Shown in pieces: positions 35,329 to 40,976 of a stretch of DNA of 40,976 nt. Position 1 is the stretch's first letter. Each line of letters begins with the position of its first letter. The position numbers and the translations under genes were made by a program. This DNA comes from a virus (lineage: Duplodnaviria > Caudoviricetes): positions 1 to 40,976 of the IMG/VR virus record IMGVR_UViG_3300020440_000029. One strand, written 5' to 3'. Under the pieces are notes generated by a model that saw only the letters and a program-made list of their open reading frames with translations, had not been told where the DNA came from and made no database searches.

Positions 35329-37824
35329 TTAAGCGAACGCGTAGTGGCTATGCAGAACTTCACGCAGATCAAGATCACCACTTGCTGGAAAATCAACCAT
35401 GCTCATGCGACTGTTATCATTGAGCTGTGAATAAGTGGCATTATACAATCTTTGCATGACGTCAAAGTGCTCATACATAGCTACAAACTGCTCGCGTATT
35501 AAATACCCGAACGTGCCTGTATCACTTGCATGAGTACCGAAACTGTCATGAATTAACATGAAGTCTTCGATGCCTTCATCTAGTGCAGCAATTACACTGA
35601 ACATGAGATGGCTAGCGTCAAGAGAATGGATAAAATTTGGTGCAGCAGCATTACGCTGTTTCATTTTATCCAGAGTGCCTTTCGGCGTTGTGCGCAAGTT
35701 CACCATGATGCAGTTGTAAACATCTCCATCTGCAGTGACCTTACTGTTTTTCGAGGCATCACTTGGTTTTATTTCTTTGTCGTACAAGAAAATTCTAACA
35801 CGATTTATGTTGTAATCTTCATAAGCATGTACAACTGGCAAACCAATAGGTGACGTCCAGATTAAAGGCTTTGCTTCATGAGCACACAACTGTGCACATT
35901 TTTGTATGAAGCGCATGCCTTCTGCTGCTTTAGTGACAACGTCGTTAACAGCATCCCAGACTTTTCCAGCCATATAGGTTGCTGCTTTCGACCCATTGTC
36001 GTCACCAAACGGATGAGTTGACCTGATGCCTTCAAGAACTTCGTCCTCTAATGGCTTCATCAAGTCTTCTATGAGCTGTTGCCTAAAACCAAACTTCTCG
36101 CTTGAATAGGCAAAAGTCATGACGTTGCGCTTCACGACCTTGCGATTTACACCATACTGTTTCCACAGTTCAGCTTCATCACAAGTATCGTGCTGCAACT
36201 CCTCATTAACTCTGTCAGCAACAATTTGATAAACGTCAGCAGGCTTATCTGCTTTTGTGAGATTAACTGTTGCTCCACCCTTAGCATCTCTTAGTGCGGC
36301 ACTATAGTGTTGTACCCCACTGTTTGCTCCATCCATTGCTGGAGGCAGGTGGCAGACATAATCATCGCCCTCTTCAACATATCCAGCAAAAGCTACACAT
36401 GCTGCAAGGAATGAAAATGGTTTATCTGCTTGCTGCCAAAGGTGTCTGGTTAACGCAGGTTTCTTGCCGATAAGATAAAGTGCGCGTTGATTATCGTTGC
36501 ACCACTTTATTCTATCATCCAGCGACTTCTTGCTTATCTTGTCAAAGTCGCCAGTATTAGCGACATGAATACACAACCAATATGCACCATCATTGCCTAA
36601 TGGCTTACCACGTGCGAACTGAAACAGTGCGCGTATGTGATCACTTCGTTGATGGTTAAATGTTGGTATCGGATACACACGTCCACGAAAGTCTAAATTA
36701 TGAGGTAAATAGAACTTCTCGTGTTTGGCTAACTCAACCGCTAAGTTGAGGTCAGTTGTCATATTAACAACATCAGCATCAAATGCTCTGTTGCGTAATA
36801 TGATTTTCTCTTTTGTTTTCTTAACATGCTTGCGCTGCTTAGCATCTAGCTCTGACCAATTTTTAGTCTTACCAGGCACTTTGAGTTTTGCCTTACGAGG
36901 AAACTTGCTGATGATATCACCACGTTCCCAAGCATGCACAACTTCTTGCAGCACAAGCTTGTTAATAGCAAAGGGAGTGGACTGAATAGCGTTCAATGCT
37001 CTCGTTATTCTGGCCATAGCGCCAGACTTAAACGCACCTTCAACCAGTTCCCTTTGCTTCTTACTCACTCGCCGCACTAATGGCACGAGCGAGGCTAGTT
37101 TAGTGTCGTGGTAGCAACCTGAATCGAAGCTAGTCCACAGCTTTGGTTCGACCAACATTGGTTTGAAGATCGGCGACATCCACTTTATTGAGTCAGTCAA
37201 GTCATCAACTAACGCTCTGCCAACTTCTGACAAACCTAAGTTTTTGACGAAGAACTTTTTCTTTGGACGGTCGTAAACTTCAAACAGTTTTGATCCAACC
37301 ATGGTGCAGTTAAGTACAGCTTGACCAACATTCACCAGCTGCTCACTATCCCACCTTTCTACTGGATGGCCTTCTCGACCTGCTACAGCAGACATGGCTT
37401 TCAAACGGTGCTTTGGTGAATTGTGGTTGCGTTTGGCCATTTCGAACAAACGCTTGTACAGCTTAGGGTCTGACTCTTCGAACCGCTTGGCCCAAAGTTC
37501 AATGCAAATTTGCTTACCTATGTTGCTGCAAATGTTGGTTACGTCAGTACATTGACCGACACCAATAAACGCATAATTCAAACCAATATATGCTACTTTG
37601 TCGCTATTAAGGTTACCTAATGCGAAAAACCAGAATGGTCTGCTAGGTGTCTTTTTGACAACTTCTAGTTCATCTAATATCGCTTTGCTTACTAAGGGCA
37701 ATGCGCCTTTTACTAGCTTAGTGTCTACAGTTCCTAGAATACCAGTCTTTGATAGTTTTTCTTCTTGTTCAAGAAATCTATCTATACCTTCTTCAAGCAT
37801 AGAGGTATCGTTAAGAGAATCCAT
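35329..37824 (-). CDS. T7-like single-subunit RNA polymerase (831 aa)
   Basis: DFRGRVY, DGANSGVQH, RKVVKRNVMTFAYS, PNFIHSLDA, IHDSFG. Confidence 0.97.
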   Translation of the reverse strand: MDSLNDTSMLEEGIDRFLEQEEKLSKTGILGTVDTKLVKGALPLVSKAILDELEVVKKTPSRPFWFFALGNLNSDKVAYIGLNYAFIGVGQCTDVTNICSNIGKQICIELWAKRFEESDPKLYKRLFEMAKRNHNSPKHRLKAMSAVAGREGHPVERWDSEQLVNVGQAVLNCTMVGSKLFEVYDRPKKKFFVKNLGLSEVGRALVDDLTDSIKWMSPIFKPMLVEPKLWTSFDSGCYHDTKLASLVPLVRRVSKKQRELVEGAFKSGAMARITRALNAIQSTPFAINKLVLQEVVHAWERGDIISKFPRKAKLKVPGKTKNWSELDAKQRKHVKKTKEKIILRNRAFDADVVNMTTDLNLAVELAKHEKFYLPHNLDFRGRVYPIPTFNHQRSDHIRALFQFARGKPLGNDGAYWLCIHVANTGDFDKISKKSLDDRIKWCNDNQRALYLIGKKPALTRHLWQQADKPFSFLAACVAFAGYVEEGDDYVCHLPPAMDGANSGVQHYSAALRDAKGGATVNLTKADKPADVYQIVADRVNEELQHDTCDEAELWKQYGVNRKVVKRNVMTFAYSSEKFGFRQQLIEDLMKPLEDEVLEGIRSTHPFGDDNGSKAATYMAGKVWDAVNDVVTKAAEGMRFIQKCAQLCAHEAKPLIWTSPIGLPVVHAYEDYNINRVRIFLYDKEIKPSDASKNSKVTADGDVYNCIMVNLRTTPKGTLDKMKQRNAAAPNFIHSLDASHLMFSVIAALDEGIEDFMLIHDSFGTHASDTGTFGYLIREQFVAMYEHFDVMQRLYNATYSQLNDNSRMSMVDFPASGDLDLREVLHSHYAFA

Positions 37825-37845
37825 CAGTCCTCCTATGGTCTCAAT

Positions 37846-37866
37846 CTGCTTTAGTGCGGCTTCTTA
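37846..37866 (-). promoter_or_regulatory. class B T7-like promoter upstream of the RNAP gene
   Basis: TAAGAAGCCGCACTAAAGCAG, shares TAAGA-GCCGCACT--AG with 27364-27385. Confidence 0.65.
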
Positions 37867-37971
37867 GCTACACATTGATTTTTGTAGGGATTTGGTGTTT
37901 GAACAAGACACAGTGATTTGACTCAAATGTGAATCTGAGTTGACATTGGTAGGTAAAGTCGGTTTACGTTT

Positions 37972-38418
37972 TTAGCGTACTTTGCGTGTTGCTTGCAGAC
38001 CTAAATAAAAGTCTACGATGCCTGACTCTTCAACTATTGACTCATGCATTGGCATAAATTCTAAAAAAGCGTTAAAAAGTTCTTCGCTTGCAACGTAACC
38101 TCGATCTTCACACTTGACTATATATTCGGCATCTAAACATTCATGAATCATGTGCGACGTTGCTTGTCTGCTCATGTCGATTGTTTCAGCTACACGAGTA
38201 ATAGTGTACTTGTGAGGTTGTGCATTTAAATAAGAGAGCAGCATCATGCGGGAAAATACAAAACGTCCATCAGTGTGATTGAAATATCTGGTAATTGGCT
38301 TCTGCTCTGCACGCACTCTATGCTTATGCGCGCCAATCACAAGTTTTGCGTAGGCGATCATAAAAGCTGAGTGCATTTTTTTAACTTTTGACATCAACCT
38401 CTCCCATGGTCGAGCCAT
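37972..38418 (-). CDS. HTH transcriptional regulator
   Basis: TITRVAETIDMSRQATSHMIHEC winged HTH; between attP and RNAP. Confidence 0.7.
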   Translation of the reverse strand: MARPWERLMSKVKKMHSAFMIAYAKLVIGAHKHRVRAEQKPITRYFNHTDGRFVFSRMMLLSYLNAQPHKYTITRVAETIDMSRQATSHMIHECLDAEYIVKCEDRGYVASEELFNAFLEFMPMHESIVEESGIVDFYLGLQATRKVR

Positions 38419-38520
38419 ATAAAATCTACTACATTGAAAACTTTACACAATGTAATCAGACGGTCACATTGTGTCCTCTTAACGACAAAAAGCGAAGCCG
38501 TTAAGAAACCTCGTGATTTG

Positions 38521-38585
38521 CAGCTGGATAGAGCACTAGACTACGAATCTAGGGGTCAGGGGTTCGAATCCTCTCGAGCGCGCCA
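38521..38585 (+). other. attP core: 3' 65 nt of tRNA-Arg(ACG)
   Basis: D loop, CTAGA-CTACGAA-TCTAG anticodon arm, GTTCGAATC T loop, CCA end; 5' acceptor strand missing; adjacent to integrase 3' end. Confidence 0.85.
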
Positions 38586-38616
38586 TAACCAGCTGCATTT
38601 TACTGTTTTTTTGTCA

Positions 38617-39441
38617 TTAGGAAGTAACAGCCTCTAGCAGATCTTGGTCATCAATATGAGCATATCTAAGTGTTGTAGATATGTTCGTGTGACCTAACAG
38701 TCTCTGCACCATAGCTATGTTTTTTGTTTTACGTAGCATTCGGGTGGCTGTTGTGTGTCTAAGTGAGTGCAAGACAAATTGCTCATCTTTGCTAAGTCCT
38801 ATTTCATCGCGCACTTTCGCCCAAAATCTATGGACTTGATGGTCTTTGATTTCAAATGGTACATGCTTTTCCAGAAGCTCTCGTGCCTCTGGTGTAAGCG
38901 GTACCGACCTAGCTCGACCAGTCTTTGTCTTCCACAGTCTCACCCATTGACCATCTAAGTTCTCACGAGTAAGACCAAGCACCTCACCTCGTCTCATACC
39001 TGTATCTATGAGAATTTTGATGATTGCTTTCATTTCTTCCCTGTGTTTCCTTGCTATTAGATACCCAGCAGTGTCCATAGCCGCAAAAACTTTTACCTCT
39101 TCATCAGGTGAAAGCCAACGCACACGGTGTCCCGCAGGTCGTTTGCGTGAAAAGTGAGGAAGTTTGTCGATCCAGTCACGCTGCTTTGCATACCTTAGCA
39201 GCGTGCTTAGTACACTAACATTGTGATTGATTGTTTGAGACGCTAAAGGTCTGCCCCGATGGGATTTAAGCTCTTCTAGCTTGTCAATAAACTTATCGAC
39301 CATAGCTGTGTCGATGTCGTTGATCTCTGGATCATTAAGAAAGTTGATGCACCTCCTTGCTTGACTGTGAAAGGTTTTACACCCTTCCTTATCTCTCCAG
39401 AGCTTCATGCCTGCTTCAGCAAGTAGCGCACTTAATAACAT
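38617..39441 (-). CDS. int: tyrosine integrase
   Basis: TGMRRGE, KTK, HSLRH, LLGH...T.RY; start ATG 39441 after AAGGAG. Confidence 0.93.
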   Translation of the reverse strand: MLLSALLAEAGMKLWRDKEGCKTFHSQARRCINFLNDPEINDIDTAMVDKFIDKLEELKSHRGRPLASQTINHNVSVLSTLLRYAKQRDWIDKLPHFSRKRPAGHRVRWLSPDEEVKVFAAMDTAGYLIARKHREEMKAIIKILIDTGMRRGEVLGLTRENLDGQWVRLWKTKTGRARSVPLTPEARELLEKHVPFEIKDHQVHRFWAKVRDEIGLSKDEQFVLHSLRHTTATRMLRKTKNIAMVQRLLGHTNISTTLRYAHIDDQDLLEAVTS

Positions 39442-39464
39442 TTTGTTCTCCTTGTATTTAAGTG

Positions 39465-39494
39465 AAAAAACACCGGTCCACAATTGGACCAGTG
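39465..39494 (-). terminator. intrinsic terminator after lysozyme / in the integrase leader
   Basis: CACTGGTCCA-ATTG-TGGACCGGTG plus T6. Confidence 0.75.
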
Positions 39495-39517
39495 CATAGG
39501 ATGACAAAAATTGCGTC
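39494..39517 (-). promoter_or_regulatory. class A putative promoter copy 9, upstream of int
   Basis: gacgcaatttttgtcatcctatgc; ATG at the conserved offset; intergenic. Confidence 0.6.
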
Positions 39518-39522
39518 TGAAG

Positions 39523-39945
39523 TTATTCTTGGTATTTACCTGTTCGTATTTGCTCCGCAAGCTCTTCGGCGCGCTTGCCAACTTGGGTGCTCCAGCGGCT
39601 GTCTAGCAACTCTGCTGCTGCTGTGTCGAAATCTGATTCCTTTAGCGCTGCCATTGCGTTTTCGAATTTCAGAGCTGTTCCGATGCCTACGTTGAACACA
39701 AAGTTCAGAAGTGCGTCGTATCTCACAGGACTCAGCTGCGCTGACCACGGCATTAACTGTTCTACTTGTGAATTTACACGAGCGAGATCGTTTATTAAAA
39801 GGTACTTTGCCTCTGCCTCTGTTATGCCAACATCCTCTAGATTTCGGCCAACACCTATTGTTAGTTTGTTTGACGTGCATTTGTAAGGCTTAAGCTCCAA
39901 TCCTTCGTGTCTTATAATTTGATCAATTAGTTGTGACGCTGCCAT
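39523..39945 (-). CDS. endolysin (GH24 lysozyme)
   Basis: HEGLELKPYKCT..KLTIGVGRNL, FNVG, LDSRW..QV..RA. Confidence 0.9.
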   Translation of the reverse strand: MAASQLIDQIIRHEGLELKPYKCTSNKLTIGVGRNLEDVGITEAEAKYLLINDLARVNSQVEQLMPWSAQLSPVRYDALLNFVFNVGIGTALKFENAMAALKESDFDTAAAELLDSRWSTQVGKRAEELAEQIRTGKYQE

Positions 39946-40329
39946 TTACTTTTTTCCAAACATCTTAGTTGCACCCTTAATACCGAACGACGCTGACACA
40001 ATCACACCTAACGTATACTTGTACCAGTCGGGTGTCATAGCTAGCGCTTCAAATCCACGCTCTACGTAATCGACAGTAAACGGCAAGAAACAGAGTAAAA
40101 GCGGAATACTAAACAAAATTGTAAGGTACTCATCTTTCCACGAATCTTTTGAACCTTTAACTGCTTCAACATCCCAATCAATTTCGCCTTTAATTTGTTT
40201 TTCCATGAGGCTTGTTTCTGCCTCTATTTTGACGAGCTTTTGCTTAGCCTTTGCTTTTTTGGTTTCCATGTAGCCACCAACAGCTTCGCCAGCAATGCCC
40301 ATTACGCCCTGTATAAGCATTCCAATCAA
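39946..40329 (-). CDS. holin-like membrane protein (3TM type)
   Basis: SWKDEY, hydrophobic helices, ASFG; upstream of lysozyme. Confidence 0.65.
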   Translation of the reverse strand: MIGMLIQGVMGIAGEAVGGYMETKKAKAKQKLVKIEAETSLMEKQIKGEIDWDVEAVKGSKDSWKDEYLTILFSIPLLLCFLPFTVDYVERGFEALAMTPDWYKYTLGVIVSASFGIKGATKMFGKK

Positions 40330-40349
40330 TTTATAATCTCCAGTATTTC

Positions 40350-40829
40350 CTATAGTCGTGCCATGCTAAAAAAGAAAAGGGCCGTTAAAACGACTCCGAT
40401 AGCTGCAACACTAATTGCAATGATGGTGAGTGTTTCTTGGATGTCAGCAATGCGCTTCTGACGTTCCTTGATGCGTATTCGCTCAGCCTCTTTAGCCTCT
40501 CTGATGCGCTTTTGACGCTCAGCTAGGATGCTTGACCACGTACCGTGACCGAAACGCATATCAATTGCTGTTGCGACCTCACGCAGCTTTTCCTGCGCTA
40601 ACTTGTGGTCGATAACTTCTTTAGCAACGCTTTCTGTACTGAAGGCGTTTTGTTTGTTGGCCGATTTGTTACGTGCCTGTTGGCACTGCTTCTCCCCTTC
40701 AAATAATGCGTCTATTTGGCTACCGAGTTCAGCTACTGACTTGTAGGCATTGATGCCTGACTTTATGTGTTCAGCGACCTTGGTGACCAACGCAATCCCA
40801 GCTAGACCAGCTGTGATGGGGTCAACCAT
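40350..40829 (-). CDS. hypothetical protein with C-terminal TM helix
   Basis: start MVDPIT after AGGAG; RFGHGTW motif. Confidence 0.7.
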   Translation of the reverse strand: MVDPITAGLAGIALVTKVAEHIKSGINAYKSVAELGSQIDALFEGEKQCQQARNKSANKQNAFSTESVAKEVIDHKLAQEKLREVATAIDMRFGHGTWSSILAERQKRIREAKEAERIRIKERQKRIADIQETLTIIAISVAAIGVVLTALFFFSMARL

Positions 40830-40839
40830 AATCAAGCTC

Positions 40840-40974
40840 CTATCTAAATATGCGCCAGAGTTTTGCGATGAGGTAACAGATTGAGAGTACCCCAACAGTT
40901 AGGGCTACCCACTCGTTGAGAGCAGGAAGCCATAAGGGGGCAGAAACACCCCCTGTGACTATTGCTATGTCATC
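40840..40974 (-). CDS. 3' part of a small membrane (holin-like) protein
   Basis: DDIAIVTGGVSAPLWLPALNEWVALTVGVLSICYLIAKLWRIFR; open to window edge. Confidence 0.55.
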   Translation of the reverse strand, partial: DDIAIVTGGVSAPLWLPALNEWVALTVGVLSICYLIAKLWRIFR

Positions 40975-40976
40975 GG

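Noticed and set aside
36286-36306. GCCGCACT cores inside genes (also near 32610 and 18350)
   Set aside because: They lack the upstream TAAGA and lie in coding sequence; probably chance
38470-38500. Degenerate class A motif upstream of the regulator (TCGCTTTTT...GGACAC on the - strand)
   Set aside because: Spacing is 2 nt shorter and the ACGC core is altered; not counted
38509-38585. Functional tRNA-Arg gene
   Set aside because: The 5' acceptor strand and D-stem start (expected GCGCTCGTAGCT) are not intact; better explained as attP

Overview
The window is almost a whole (~41 kb, both ends truncated inside genes) podovirus-type phage genome, probably temperate and probably from a marine alphaproteobacterial host (inference from gene content). 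Nearly all genes lie on the - strand: lysis genes, tyrosine integrase with a tRNA-Arg(ACG)-derived attP, HTH regulator, a T7-like replication module (RNAP, SSB, endonuclease I, primase-helicase, family A DNA polymerase, exonuclease, class II RNR), a nucleotide-modification trio (thymidylate-synthase homologue with the dCMP-type Asp, dNMP kinase with an ATT start, MazG-like hydrolase) and a non-T7-ordered morphogenesis module. One AT-rich block (about 21.3-25.0 kb) runs on the + strand as five promoter-gene(s)-terminator cassettes of small acidic or membrane proteins. Main discovery: the phage appears to encode two single-subunit RNA polymerases and two promoter classes. The 1837-aa internal virion protein carries ART-like, zincin-protease and C-terminal T7/N4-type RNAP motifs (a candidate virion-injected RNAP). 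A fixed-spacing motif (RACGC-N15-AWG) occurs nine times: before the + strand cassettes, before the integrase, and before a structured ORF-free ~166-nt RNA. A separate T7-like promoter precedes the conventional RNAP gene and nrdJ. The motifs are seen in the sequence; assigning polymerases to promoters is inference.
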